Positions 30,702 to 40,513 of a DNA stretch of 64,000 bases are shown piece by piece; position 1 is the first letter of the stretch; the number at the start of each line of letters is the position of its first letter. Both the position numbers and the translations under genes were made by a program. The DNA is from Nitrospirota bacterium (lineage in GTDB: Bacteria > Nitrospirota > UBA9217). The DNA lies in assembly GCA_963845065.1 (NCBI GenBank), contig CAWJQQ010000005.1:288001-352000 (forward strand), given 5' to 3'. Under the pieces are notes generated by a model, which had not been told where the DNA came from, did not search any database, and worked only from the letters and a program-made list of their open reading frames with translations.

Positions 30702-30961
30702 ACGACACGCAGAACAAAGCTGCGGCACTGAAGTACCGTAAGGGTGCTGATTCCGCGCCAAAGATCGTGGCAAAGGGACGAGGATCAGTGGCCGAAAAGA
30801 TCATTGCACTTGCGCGTGAGCACGGAATCCCCATTCGCGAGGACAAGAACATGGTTGAGGTGCTTTCCACGCTCGACCTGTATGAAGAAATACCTCCGGA
30901 ACTCTACAAGGCCGTTGCCGAAATTCTTGCTTTTATTTATAAGTTGGGCAATAAACTGTAA
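30698..30961 (+). CDS. FlhB C-terminus-like small protein (EscU/YscU family)
   Basis: AAALKY...APKIVAKGRG...EIPPELYKAVAEILAF. Confidence 0.9.
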   Translation: MNDTQNKAAALKYRKGADSAPKIVAKGRGSVAEKIIALAREHGIPIREDKNMVEVLSTLDLYEEIPPELYKAVAEILAFIYKLGNKL

Positions 30962-30975
30962 TCAAAAGCGTTAAC

Positions 30976-31425
30976 CTATTTTCTTGTATAAAGACCTATT
31001 ACCTCAGATTGAGCAAGAACATGGCCTTTCATCGCTCGCTCGAGGTCTACTTTGGTAGCGTTCGAATTGAGCGTTAGTGAGCTGTCGAGCGCATAAAGCT
31101 TGAAGAAGTAACGGTGAGTGCCTGACGGCGGGCACGGACCGCCGTAATTTCGCTTCCTGAAATCGTTCATGCCCTCTGATGCACCGCTGGGGACTGTGTG
31201 CTCTGCGATTGCTTGTATGTCCGAAGCTATATTCCAGACTACCCAGTGCACCCAGGTGCCCCGTGGCGCGTCCGGATCGTCTACGATCAGGGCGAGTGAC
31301 TTGGCGCCCGACGGAACGTTTTCGATGGTAAGAGGCGGGTTTACGTCAACGCCGTCACACGTATATTTTGGTGGAATGTGATCATTGTGTTTGAATGCCG
31401 GACTCAATATTTTAAGCGTACTCAT
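30976..31425 (-). CDS. YbhB/YbcL (PEBP) family protein
   Basis: DDPDAP, WVHW, YGGPCPPSGTHRY. Confidence 0.93.
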   Translation of the reverse strand: MSTLKILSPAFKHNDHIPPKYTCDGVDVNPPLTIENVPSGAKSLALIVDDPDAPRGTWVHWVVWNIASDIQAIAEHTVPSGASEGMNDFRKRNYGGPCPPSGTHRYFFKLYALDSSLTLNSNATKVDLERAMKGHVLAQSEVIGLYTRK

Positions 31426-31992
31426 ATTTTGGGCCTCCGTGAAGGATGAGTAAAAAAAAAGAGAGAGAAAAGCGAAACAATTGTAATTCTTTGCGCGTTA
31501 AGCATACCAATTATCCCTCTTTTCCCTCGTTTTTTCTTATTCTAAATGATAGCATAACTATCATTGGCATGTTATCAAGCAGTTAAATTATTTTTCTAAC
31601 ATTTGCAAGAGAGCTACCCACTTTTTCCCTTCAGGCAGCCGTGACGAAAATTTGTATATCATCTTATTTGAACTAGTGGGATAATTCAGCGTACTACAAA
31701 TCTTAAAATTCTTGCAATTTGAATTGGCATATAGTACTGTTGCCTAAAGAATGGCCTGCAGTGAACTGGCCTGTACCTCGGCTTTTTCATTGTTTTCCGC
31801 CAGCGAAAATTTTTTATTATAGATGAAAGTAGGCGCTATCGAACGAGAACGCAGATCAGTAAAAAATATTTGACTGCTACTTTGTCGCGGACAGATTAGA
31901 TGCCGTCAGCCGTGGCAACAATCCTCAAGGCACGAACAGAGGATATAAAACAAAGAAAGAGCGCTATTGATCATTATTGAACGCGGAGTAAA

Positions 31993-32541
31993 ATGGGAAT
32001 TATCCACATTAATATGATTATTGCCATACATGTCGGCCTTGTTCTCCTAGCTTTGCTTGTATTTGCTGTTGGATTGTTTCTGCCGAAAACGAAGTTCGCG
32101 CAGAGGGTCGTGGAGTTTAATGCCGTGCCAGAGGAAATTTGGCGGATTGTTACCGAAATCGAGCAACAGCCCCGGTGGAGGACCAATCTGAAAAAGGTTG
32201 AAATCCTGGAGCGCACCCTTGAGTATGAAATTTGGACTGAATATCCAGCAAACGGTGCGCCGTTGACCTTCAAGATGCTAAACAAAAGGCCCTTCGATTT
32301 CTATGAAATGGAAATAGCGCGTTCCACCGTTTTCAGCGGACGCAGAATCATAGAGCTCAACGGATTGAATACCGACGTGACCAGGGTCACCATTGCTGAA
32401 CAGGCGGAAATAAATAATCCTTTTATGAGAGTGCTGGCCCATCTGTCGTTCGATTTTGGGAGGACCATCGACCGGTACGTTAAGGACCTCGCCTCCGAGC
32501 TGACGAGAAAACAAGAGAAATTGGAGAGCCAGACGTCGTGA
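31993..32541 (+). CDS. SRPBCC family protein with N-terminal TM helix
   Basis: PEEIWRIVTE...PRWR; NPFMR. Confidence 0.75.
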   Translation: MGIIHINMIIAIHVGLVLLALLVFAVGLFLPKTKFAQRVVEFNAVPEEIWRIVTEIEQQPRWRTNLKKVEILERTLEYEIWTEYPANGAPLTFKMLNKRPFDFYEMEIARSTVFSGRRIIELNGLNTDVTRVTIAEQAEINNPFMRVLAHLSFDFGRTIDRYVKDLASELTRKQEKLESQTS

Positions 32542-32605
32542 TCGTGCCACAATTTTTATTGCCTTAGACGAGTTGGTCTTTCATAACTGCTGATGAAGTG
32601 AAATC

Positions 32606-33193
32606 ATGGAATCTTTGAGAAAGACGCTTGAAAAAACCCTGCTGTTTTATGAAAATAAAGATTTCGACAACGCTGAGAAAGGTGCTGACTTGATGCTTGA
32701 GGCCAATCCTGAATTTACCCGCGCGCTTTTTCTCAAAGCTGTAATCCTCGACGAAACAGGCAGGACTGACAAGGCGGAAGAGTATTACCGGAAAGCAGGT
32801 TCGACGTCTCTTTTGTGGCTGCGGCTTGCTTTACAACTCCGGGAATCTGATCCTGAACGGGCGCTCCGATATTTTAATAAGGTGAAGGAGATAGATTCTG
32901 AAAACAATCTCATATGGTTCAGCATGGGAGAACTTTATGAAAAGCTCAAACGTCCTGACCAGGCACGGAAATGCTTCAACAATATATCACTGATGAAGGA
33001 AATAGCGTCGAAGCTCCTGAGTCCTCTTGGTTTTCTTATCATCATGGTTGCCGTATCAATAGCGATGTTCAAGCGAGGGTATTTAGGTCTTGGTTCACTC
33101 ATGGTCTTATCGGGAATCGTTTGCCTGGTCTGGCTGAAGAGAGACGGCGGGCGAGTGATACAGATGATGCTGAGAAAGAAAAAGTACGCATGA
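32606..33193 (+). CDS. TPR protein with two C-terminal TM helices
   Basis: TPR-like helical repeats, hydrophobic C-terminus. Confidence 0.75.
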   Translation: MESLRKTLEKTLLFYENKDFDNAEKGADLMLEANPEFTRALFLKAVILDETGRTDKAEEYYRKAGSTSLLWLRLALQLRESDPERALRYFNKVKEIDSENNLIWFSMGELYEKLKRPDQARKCFNNISLMKEIASKLLSPLGFLIIMVAVSIAMFKRGYLGLGSLMVLSGIVCLVWLKRDGGRVIQMMLRKKKYA

Positions 33194-33335
33194 CAATGTC
33201 GGAAGCACGATTTTTCTGGTCGCCCAATCATTTCCCGTCTTCTTGTCTCTTGGTTGAAATTGTCCCTCAAGTCAACATCACCGCTTGCAGTTAATACACT
33301 TCCACGTAGATGATCGAATTGCGTGAGTATGGGTT

Positions 33336-33896
33336 ATGGACAAGGAACGTTCGCTTCGGAAAATTGCACGCGACATCAACCGATGCACTCTCTGTAAAAA
33401 GGGAGGTACGGGAAAAGCAGTTGCAGGTGAGGGGAATCCAGCTGCGGCTATCGTTCTAGTCGGTGAAGCACCGGGCAAGGAAGAGGCAAAGATCGGGAGG
33501 CCTTTCATAGGGAGGTCCGGTAAGTTTCTGCGCACGATTATAACAAGCATCGGACTGCTTGAGCAGGAAGTCTTCATTACGAGCTCTGTCCATTATCTTC
33601 CCCTGCGAGGAACTCCCAGAAAAGCAGCAATTATGCATGGCCGCCAACACTTATTACGCCAGATTGAGATTATCGATCCAAAGATCGTCGTTCTTCTTGG
33701 CAACACGGCATGCATTGCGCTGCTCTATAGCAAGCAGGAGCTTTCCAAGGTGCACGGCAAGATCGTTCGAAAAGACGGGAGAACATATTTCATCACTTTT
33801 CATCCGGCCTATGCTATGCGCTTCCCAGAAGGGAAGTTGAAATTTATCAATGATTTTGCAAAACTGAAAAGGATAATCAAAACGCTACGTGAATAA
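33336..33896 (+). CDS. Uracil-DNA glycosylase family 4
   Basis: CTLC, VGEAPG, GRPFIGRSG, TFHPA. Confidence 0.9.
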   Translation: MDKERSLRKIARDINRCTLCKKGGTGKAVAGEGNPAAAIVLVGEAPGKEEAKIGRPFIGRSGKFLRTIITSIGLLEQEVFITSSVHYLPLRGTPRKAAIMHGRQHLLRQIEIIDPKIVVLLGNTACIALLYSKQELSKVHGKIVRKDGRTYFITFHPAYAMRFPEGKLKFINDFAKLKRIIKTLRE

Positions 33897-33929
33897 ATTG
33901 AGGAAGGATCATTTGTTGATATTTGTTCA

Positions 33930-33958
33930 TTGCCTCACGCTATCCGCTCTGGTATAAT
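33930..33958 (+). promoter_or_regulatory. Sigma70 promoter
   Basis: TTGCCT-N17-TATAAT with TGn extension. Confidence 0.65.
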
Positions 33959-33970
33959 AGCTGAAATTCC

Positions 33971-34177
33971 ATGATTGGAAAGTACTTAGCGGATATGGCC
34001 ATTCCCAACATTGATTATAGTCTTTGCCAAGGCTGCGGCGGGTGTGCAGAGATGTTTCCAGATCTCTTTGAGATGCGTGACGACCGTGCTTGGGTGGTAA
34101 ATGCAGATAGTTTCAGCGTTGAGGACCGGCCGGGCATACTGACAGTGTGTCCTTACTATGCCATCTCTCTTGAGTAA
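33971..34177 (+). CDS. Single-cluster ferredoxin
   Basis: CQGCGGC...CP; start may be the ATG at 33995. Confidence 0.85.
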   Translation: MIGKYLADMAIPNIDYSLCQGCGGCAEMFPDLFEMRDDRAWVVNADSFSVEDRPGILTVCPYYAISLE

Positions 34178-34237
34178 TACAATGCGACAGACAGTTTTCC
34201 TCAGTTTTAGAATACTTTTGCAACATTACGGTTCCTT

Positions 34238-35083
34238 ATGATCCCCTATCCTAAAATAAATCCTGAGATTCTGCGTATTGGCCCTTTTGCCATCCGGTGG
34301 TATGGGCTCATGTATGCTGTCGGCTTTGCATCATCTTTTATTCTGGTCAGGCATCAAATATTACAACAGGATCGAAACCCGAGAGGCAAAGGCCAGGGGA
34401 AACAAGAAAAAGTGACGATACCTCTGGCATTCCTCGAATCGCTCTACACCTATTTGGTCTTCGGGCTTATTGTCGGTGCCCGGCTCGGCTATGTGTTGTT
34501 TTACGATCTCGCCAGTTATTGGAAAAACCCGATCGAGATTTTTGCGGTCTGGCACGGTGGTATGTCATTTCACGGCGGAATGATCGGCACGCTGGTCGCA
34601 GGTTTTCTGTGCTGTAGAAGACACAAAGTCGATTTCTGGACCGTGGCCGACCTGGTAGTGGTAACAGCTCCCATCGGTCTTGCAGCGGGAAGACTCGGGA
34701 ACTTTATTAATGGTGAGCTCTACGGCAGGGTAACTAATGTGCCCTGGGCCATGGTATTTCCAAACGGCGGGCCGCTGCCACGTCATCCATCGCAGCTCTA
34801 CGAATTTCTTCTTGAAGGCGTGCTGCTATTCACCATTCTTTGGTTAGCCAAGGACAGAAAGCATAAGCCGGGTATGATGACTGCCCTTACGCTTGTTCTC
34901 TATGGCCTATTCCGGTTCATTGTAGAGTTTTTCCGCCAGCCCGATGTCCAGCTCGGATTCGTTGTAGGACCTTTTACCATGGGCCAAATCTTGAGTGTTC
35001 TCACTTCACTGCTAGGCGTTGTTCTGATCTTCCTGCTGAAGAGAAAGCAACCGCAAAAGAAGCCACTGCCAAAAAAGGCATAG
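34238..35083 (+). CDS. lgt: Prolipoprotein diacylglyceryl transferase
   Basis: WYG, GARLGY, GGMSFHGG, GRLGNFINGELYG, HPSQLYE. Confidence 0.97.
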   Translation: MIPYPKINPEILRIGPFAIRWYGLMYAVGFASSFILVRHQILQQDRNPRGKGQGKQEKVTIPLAFLESLYTYLVFGLIVGARLGYVLFYDLASYWKNPIEIFAVWHGGMSFHGGMIGTLVAGFLCCRRHKVDFWTVADLVVVTAPIGLAAGRLGNFINGELYGRVTNVPWAMVFPNGGPLPRHPSQLYEFLLEGVLLFTILWLAKDRKHKPGMMTALTLVLYGLFRFIVEFFRQPDVQLGFVVGPFTMGQILSVLTSLLGVVLIFLLKRKQPQKKPLPKKA

Positions 35084-35110
35084 GCAGATGATTTCTCTTC
35101 CAACACTATC

Positions 35111-35156
35111 GACCTATCCACAGAGAGCAACAGTTTTTAACGATGGGGAGAGGTCA
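35111..35156. mobile_element. IS200/IS605-type end hairpin remnant
   Basis: GACCTATCCACA...TTTTTAACGATGGGGAGAGGTCA; shares its core with 59941-59977. Confidence 0.5.
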
Positions 35157-35281
35157 ATGGTGCATCCTCGTAGACCAACCTTGCTTGTAGTATCCGCTAA
35201 ATTATTTCTCCTGCGATGAACGAGTTTTGTACAGAAGACGAATCAATATGCGCAGGAGGCAGACGGCATGAATCAGCTAGG

Positions 35282-36184
35282 TTATTCTTTTAGGACCGCG
35301 ACACTTTGGAGTGCTCTCAGAGGACCAAACGACTTTAAGCGTTCGAGCTGTTTTTCAGTGCGAACGAAGAATGATCCGGCAAAGGCAAGGGAGTTGATGG
35401 AAATGTCCTCGATAAATTCTCTTGACCGGGGGACAAGGAGCATCCACTCGCGTGTCATAAGAAAGCAGTAGGGCAGGGCCTGGCGAGTCTGCCTATTTGC
35501 CGCAGGAGGAGTCATTCCGACTTTCTTTAACATGGCGCTGTAAAACTCGAACGTTTTTTCAGCCGCAAGACGCGGTGATCTGACGAGTTCGGGTTCTAGT
35601 CTCTGAAAAGCGTGAAGGAATAAAAAGGCGGGAATAGTGCCCTTGTTGGCCCATTTGTTTTGATTAAACAGCGGCTCAATCGGTATTGGCGGTCCCTCGG
35701 GTGCCAAGGGAAGAGGCACGATCTGGAGATGCTTATGTTGCTGGCTTGCTCCTGCCTCGCGTCCAGCATTGTAGAACCCAAGGCAGTTGAATTCGGCCAT
35801 ACAGATCCAGAGTGCCTCAAAGTCGTTTGCAGTCAACAGCATCTCCTGATCTTCAAAGCGTCGTGTGACGATCAGGAGGTGATGATCAACTACATTGAAT
35901 TTATTTAAGATTGCGACATGAGTTTCGGATATGTCCGCAACCGTAAGGTCTTTCTCAGGCGGGAGAAAGGGATTGACCTGCTTTGTTGATGAAGCGACAG
36001 CTACCTCTTTTTTCCGCACCTCATCTTTGCGCAGCAGGCTGGCTAAAACCCTGACAAAAAAAAGAATGCCGCCGTCTTCAATGAATGTATATGTTGTAGG
36101 CGCCGGCAGGAGCACACCACCAGCCAGTGCCTGTTCCGTTGTAGCGACTATGCAATTCCACAGGGTACCTTTTTGCAAAAACAT
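35282..36184 (-). CDS. ATP adenylyltransferase (Ap4A phosphorylase)
   Basis: NPFLP, LNKFNVVDHH, GASQQHKHLQ, INSLAFAG. Confidence 0.9.
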   Translation of the reverse strand: MFLQKGTLWNCIVATTEQALAGGVLLPAPTTYTFIEDGGILFFVRVLASLLRKDEVRKKEVAVASSTKQVNPFLPPEKDLTVADISETHVAILNKFNVVDHHLLIVTRRFEDQEMLLTANDFEALWICMAEFNCLGFYNAGREAGASQQHKHLQIVPLPLAPEGPPIPIEPLFNQNKWANKGTIPAFLFLHAFQRLEPELVRSPRLAAEKTFEFYSAMLKKVGMTPPAANRQTRQALPYCFLMTREWMLLVPRSREFIEDISINSLAFAGSFFVRTEKQLERLKSFGPLRALQSVAVLKE

Positions 36185-36303
36185 CTTTGTTTTTCCCGTC
36201 CGTCCGGTTCTGCTTCGAAACATTAAATAGAAAGTATAACATACGAGTGGGAAGGAAATCGAATGGAAACATAAAAAACGACGCAGTCACTTTTGCCAGT
36301 AAA

Positions 36304-36534
36304 TCACGCTGCCTCGTGTTTCAAGCGGTAGGTGATCCTTCCACGCTTGAAGTCATAAGGAGAGAGCTCAACCGTGACGCGATCGCCCGGTAGGATTTTG
36401 ATGTAATGTATGCGAAGCTTTCCGGACAGATGGGCAAGTATTACATAGCCCCGTTCCACTTCGACACGAAATAACGCATTGGGAAGGGCTTCAACTACTT
36501 TGCCCTGCACCTCTATTACGTCTTCCTTGGACAT
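36304..36534 (-). CDS. infA: Translation initiation factor IF-1
   Basis: [11 protein letters not shown]...LPNALFRV...[12 protein letters not shown]...GRITYR. Confidence 0.95.
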   Translation of the reverse strand: MSKEDVIEVQGKVVEALPNALFRVEVERGYVILAHLSGKLRIHYIKILPGDRVTVELSPYDFKRGRITYRLKHEAA

Positions 36535-36747
36535 CTTGTCCTGCCTTACTCTGCTATTTCCAGATCTGATCATTTTATCCTGCATGCTCACGATGAACGC
36601 ACATAATTATTATAGCTCATATTTCGGATTTCAGCGATGGATGTCAGCAACAGAGCAATCACGGCGGAAATAGGAAAAACAGAGAGAAAGATGACAAGAA
36701 GGAGTGGCATATTCGATAATGTGCTAGTGGCAGACAGAGGCAAATCT

Positions 36748-37677
36748 TTACTCTCCTCTACCCCTACGGTCCACGACATAGCAGCTTTCATTGGATTTCT
36801 TGGCGAGCTTTTTAAGTTCCGCCGCAACTTCCGCAACCTTGCCCGCGTGCTGCACATGAGGTTTGCTAGTCGGCACGACGGCAATCGATATTCCTAGAAG
36901 CGGGATCTTTTGCACTATGCCTTTCCGGTCCTTTGCAAGATAGTAGCCATTTGCCTTGTCTTCTTCTCCGAATACGTCCGACGCAATGACATTGAATTTG
37001 TCGATAATGATTTTACAGACCGCCTCTGCGTTCTCTAGCGGTGTAATAAAAACAAAGTCGTCTCCGCCTATGTGCCCTACGAAACCGCCCTCCTTTGACT
37101 CTTTCACCGTATTTAACATGATCCGGGCAACCATGCGTAGCACTTCGTCGCCCCGTGAAAAACCGTAGGTATCATTAAAGGGTTTGAAATTATTAATGTC
37201 GATGTAACATACCGCCATCGACTTACCGAGGGCTCGTTCGATGGCCAGCTGGATGGAGGTGTTTCCCGGAAGTTTGGTGAGAGGGTTATTGTCGAAGATC
37301 CGCTGCAAGCGCTGGAACGAAAGTAAAATGCGACTGAAGAGCTCGCTATAGTTAATCGGGAGTGAAACGAAGTCGTCCAGCGGGTACTGATCCCAGGCCG
37401 TTGTTTCAACGTCTGTTCCGGCGATGAGCCCCACAATGGGGACGACGCTGAAATAGCTGTCCTGCTTCAGGTCCCGTAAAATCTGTTTAAAAGACGGATC
37501 CTCCCCTGACAAATCGATCAGCACAAGATCAGGCGGGTCTGCATAGATAAAGCCGAGCACCTGCGACGGTTCGGGCAGGGACACGACCTGATAACCCTTG
37601 CTTTCGAGACGGAGTTCTAGATGCGCGTGCAAGGTGTGGTCCCGGGAGAGCAGTGCGATTCTACGTTTTGGATTCAT
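36748..37677 (-). CDS. REC-like + GGDEF (GGDDF) diguanylate cyclase
   Basis: NPLTKLPGN, DINNFKPFNDTYG, HIGGDDF. Confidence 0.88.
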   Translation of the reverse strand: MNPKRRIALLSRDHTLHAHLELRLESKGYQVVSLPEPSQVLGFIYADPPDLVLIDLSGEDPSFKQILRDLKQDSYFSVVPIVGLIAGTDVETTAWDQYPLDDFVSLPINYSELFSRILLSFQRLQRIFDNNPLTKLPGNTSIQLAIERALGKSMAVCYIDINNFKPFNDTYGFSRGDEVLRMVARIMLNTVKESKEGGFVGHIGGDDFVFITPLENAEAVCKIIIDKFNVIASDVFGEEDKANGYYLAKDRKGIVQKIPLLGISIAVVPTSKPHVQHAGKVAEVAAELKKLAKKSNESCYVVDRRGRGE

Positions 37678-38524
37678 CGTTTGCCTGAATTTCGAGGCTG
37701 AAATTTTTGACATCGACTAGTTTGTCCTCGATATCCACAATGATGGCTTCCAAAAGCGCCTCGTTCAGGCCGAGCTTTCGCCAGGCAATGGACTGAATCT
37801 GGGGAACCAAGTTGTCCCCGCTGAAGCCGAACCCTGATGCCTTGATTAGGACATCGGCGATGTGTACCACGGCAGTTTTGGTCTGATGAAGCGTGGACTT
37901 GTCCACCTGATGATGGAACGCAACAGGCTCGATCAATTTCTCCGGTAGGAGCCAAGAGCGGGCGAGCCACCCGCCAATCTCTGCGTGATCGGTTTCGAGC
38001 AGCTCTCGTTCGGCTTCGAGCAGGGTTACTCCCTCCTCTGCCATAAGCGAGGTGAGCTGATCGAAATCTTTTTCGAGCTTGATTTTAATGATTACTTTCC
38101 CGATGTCGTGCAAGAGCGCCGCTGTTGAAATCTCTTCGGGGTCGGGCAACTTAAGCGTCCGGGCAATAGTGTTTGCGGCAACCGCAACACCCATGGAGTG
38201 CTCCCATAAGCCGACGACATTTTTTTCCATGATATCGAAGATCGAGCTAGTGATAGCGAGGCTTTTTACGACGTTTACGCCGAGGAGTATGAGCGCATTC
38301 GAAACTGTGGAGACCCGTCCGGGAAATCCGTAAAACGCTGAATTTACGAGTCGCAAGACCTTTGCAGAAAGAACCTGGTCGGCTGAGACTACCTTGGCCA
38401 TCTCCTGCGCAGAAACTTTATCATTATCTGCGAGGGAGCCGAGTTTAGCAATGATTCCTGGTAGCGTAGGTAATGTCTTGGTATCGCGGATGATGGCTCG
38501 AATCGTGGACCGCTTATCTTCCAT
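37661..38524 (-). CDS. HDOD domain protein
   Basis: LPTLP, LRLVNSAFYG, LWEHS, LLHDIGK, HAEIG. Confidence 0.92.
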   Translation of the reverse strand: MEDKRSTIRAIIRDTKTLPTLPGIIAKLGSLADNDKVSAQEMAKVVSADQVLSAKVLRLVNSAFYGFPGRVSTVSNALILLGVNVVKSLAITSSIFDIMEKNVVGLWEHSMGVAVAANTIARTLKLPDPEEISTAALLHDIGKVIIKIKLEKDFDQLTSLMAEEGVTLLEAERELLETDHAEIGGWLARSWLLPEKLIEPVAFHHQVDKSTLHQTKTAVVHIADVLIKASGFGFSGDNLVPQIQSIAWRKLGLNEALLEAIIVDIEDKLVDVKNFSLEIQANDESKT

Positions 38525-38843
38525 CGGTTTCTCCCATGGAGCGGAAAATCTGCTTTCTGTACATTTCTTTGACCTTCTTCATAAGGTCATCGTCCTCAAC
38601 TCGGCTGAACCGTTTATCGAGCTTAGCAAGCATATCTTCCAGAGTAGCATCACCTTCCACTTTCACGGGATGGCCTTCAACACTCACCGATTGGACGCCC
38701 ATTTGTGTTAAGCGCGAGATCAGCGACTCGGTAAGCTTAACGCCTTTGCCGCAGATTGTCATGCCCGACGGATTGTCGGAATTTTTTATTTCCTGAGCCA
38801 GCACCATGCCCGGTACTGCCTGTGTAATAGGTATTTTTTGCAT
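38514..38843 (-). CDS. Conserved hypothetical protein (like the N-terminal domain of HD-GYP proteins)
   Basis: PGMVLA...GVKLTESLISRL; overlaps the HDOD start. Confidence 0.7.
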   Translation of the reverse strand: MQKIPITQAVPGMVLAQEIKNSDNPSGMTICGKGVKLTESLISRLTQMGVQSVSVEGHPVKVEGDATLEDMLAKLDKRFSRVEDDDLMKKVKEMYRKQIFRSMGETDGR

Positions 38844-38898
38844 AAAATTATTAGTTCCTTGCGATCATTCTTCCGATAAAGTTACGAAAACAGCGCCA

Positions 38899-38934
38899 GA
38901 AACCCCACATGCTTTAGCGGTGGGAGTGCGTCAA
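38899..38934 (+). mobile_element. IS200/IS605-type right-end hairpin remnant
   Basis: GAAACCCCACATGCTTTAGCGGTGGGAGTGCGTCAA. Confidence 0.55.
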
Positions 38935-39154
38935 CGGATTTACGACATGAATAAGTACCGTCTGCATAATCAGGGACCTGATACAACTCGGCCCGGGCTT
39001 CCCGATGAGCAACCGCCCGTTTGCTGCAAACGCCAGACATGAATTCATTTTTTATGCATAGGCAACTATGTCCGTTATTTAATAAATACTATACACGAAA
39101 AAAAAAGAGATTTGCGTTTTTTTTCTCTAAACATCGGCATGAAAAATACACAGG

Positions 39155-39310
39155 TACAAAGGGGACGCCTGCGAATTTCGGTGTAAACACATTAAAATTC
39201 GCAGGCGTCGGGGGAGGTTTGTTTAAGACTATGATTCTGACTGTTAACGATCTTAGTTCAGCGAATAAACGATAATAATCTGACACTGACAGTAATATAT
39301 GATTTAGTTA
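39155..39310 (-). ncRNA. Candidate sigma54-dependent small RNA
   Basis: Downstream of a -24/-12 motif; contains AAACCUCCCCC directly before a perfect 15-bp stem (39164-39209). Confidence 0.5.
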
Positions 39311-39321
39311 TTGCATAAAAC

Positions 39322-39336
39322 GCAATTTAATTGCCA
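39322..39336 (-). promoter_or_regulatory. Sigma54 promoter
   Basis: TGGCAATTAAATTGC (GG-N10-GC). Confidence 0.6.
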
Positions 39337-39578
39337 ATGTGTTTTTTCCATAAAATCGAGGAGTTATTTATAGAGAGAACGGGTGATCATGTCGAAATTC
39401 AGCATATGACGGCTGTCTTCGTAGTATTTTGGACTGGGGGAACGGTAGAAGGAATGCTACATGGAATTTGGTGAATTATGCATAGGAACAAACTTTGATT
39501 GACTTGAGCGGTTATAGGGAGAGGGAGTGCGACGGGTTGTAAAATGCAATCGTGAAATGCGTGTGTTTAATATTTGGT

Positions 39579-40508
39579 TTAAAGCTGTTCTATGATTGCC
39601 GCAGCGAGAAGGGGGAACATGATTTCATGGTGGCCGGTAAGCGCAAACCCTTTGCCACCCCCCTGGGTGGGTCTACGCACGACATTGGTATTTGGCCGGT
39701 AATGCTGGATAAAGTCCATATTGACTGTGGTGAAGTGCTGAAGTGGGTAGCCGAGGTTCCGGACCAAGGTTACGGCTTTGAGGAATATTTCCGGAAGAAG
39801 CACAGCGGAGCCGAGGTTGATGTAAACGCCGCCTTCGAGCTCAGAAACAAGTGAACAGAATGTCATAAAGTCATAATGTGCAGCAGCACCGGTGGCCTTA
39901 CCGTCAAAGGAAGGGTGCATATGAATGATATCGGTTCCAATTGCGACATGGACCGTTACGGGCATGTTCAAGCGAGTACCGGCCGCAAGCAGGCTTTTGT
40001 CCTTATAAGGGAAAGGGCCGGAGTTGATCATCCTCCCGACAGTCACGCCGATTCCTTCATCCGCTCCCGACGAGCGGATTGCAGAATTAAGCATGTTTCC
40101 AGTCTCTTCAGCCATGCCGAAAGCACCAGAAAGAATCTCCTTATCAACGTCTTCCGATGTCTGGCCGATGAATGCCAGTTCGAAATCGTGGATAATACCC
40201 GCACCGTTAAGTGATAGGCTTGTGATGATGCCGCGTTCCATGAGGTCGATGATGACAGGGCTTAGTCCGACTTTGATAGAATGGGCACCCATGCCGAGCA
40301 TCACCGGCCGCTTATCTTTGCGGGCCTGTACAATTGCGGCTACAACGTCCTTAAAATGCTGTGCGGCAAGAATGTTTGGGAGAGAGGAAAAAAAATCTTT
40401 AAAACTTGCTCCCTTATTGTGGGGACGGGAAAAATCATTGATCCGAACCTTGCTAGCACGGTTCTTGAGCGAATAGGATTTAATGCGTGAAATATCAATT
40501 TTTTTCAT
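39579..40508 (-). CDS. Deoxyhypusine synthase-like fold protein of unknown function
   Basis: MGAHSIKVGL, NLGSAVLLPE, GHHEIMFP; starts 5 bp after the gmhA stop. Confidence 0.7.
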   Translation of the reverse strand: MKKIDISRIKSYSLKNRASKVRINDFSRPHNKGASFKDFFSSLPNILAAQHFKDVVAAIVQARKDKRPVMLGMGAHSIKVGLSPVIIDLMERGIITSLSLNGAGIIHDFELAFIGQTSEDVDKEILSGAFGMAEETGNMLNSAIRSSGADEGIGVTVGRMINSGPFPYKDKSLLAAGTRLNMPVTVHVAIGTDIIHMHPSFDGKATGAAAHYDFMTFCSLVSELEGGVYINLGSAVLLPEIFLKAVTLVRNLGYPLQHFTTVNMDFIQHYRPNTNVVRRPTQGGGKGFALTGHHEIMFPLLAAAIIEQL

Positions 40509-40513
40509 AGGGC

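Noticed and set aside
31430..31990. ncRNA in the AT-rich gap before the SRPBCC gene
   Set aside because: Only a weak promoter-like match and short hairpins; no recognisable family features
38960..39040. ZTP riboswitch-like segment (CTGGCG...GGGAAGC) on the minus strand
   Set aside because: Lacks the conserved 3' CGCCUGGG pseudoknot element, and the downstream genes are not purine/folate related
39089..39286. 65-aa ORF
   Set aside because: GTG start without RBS, runs through the strong hairpin, no motif
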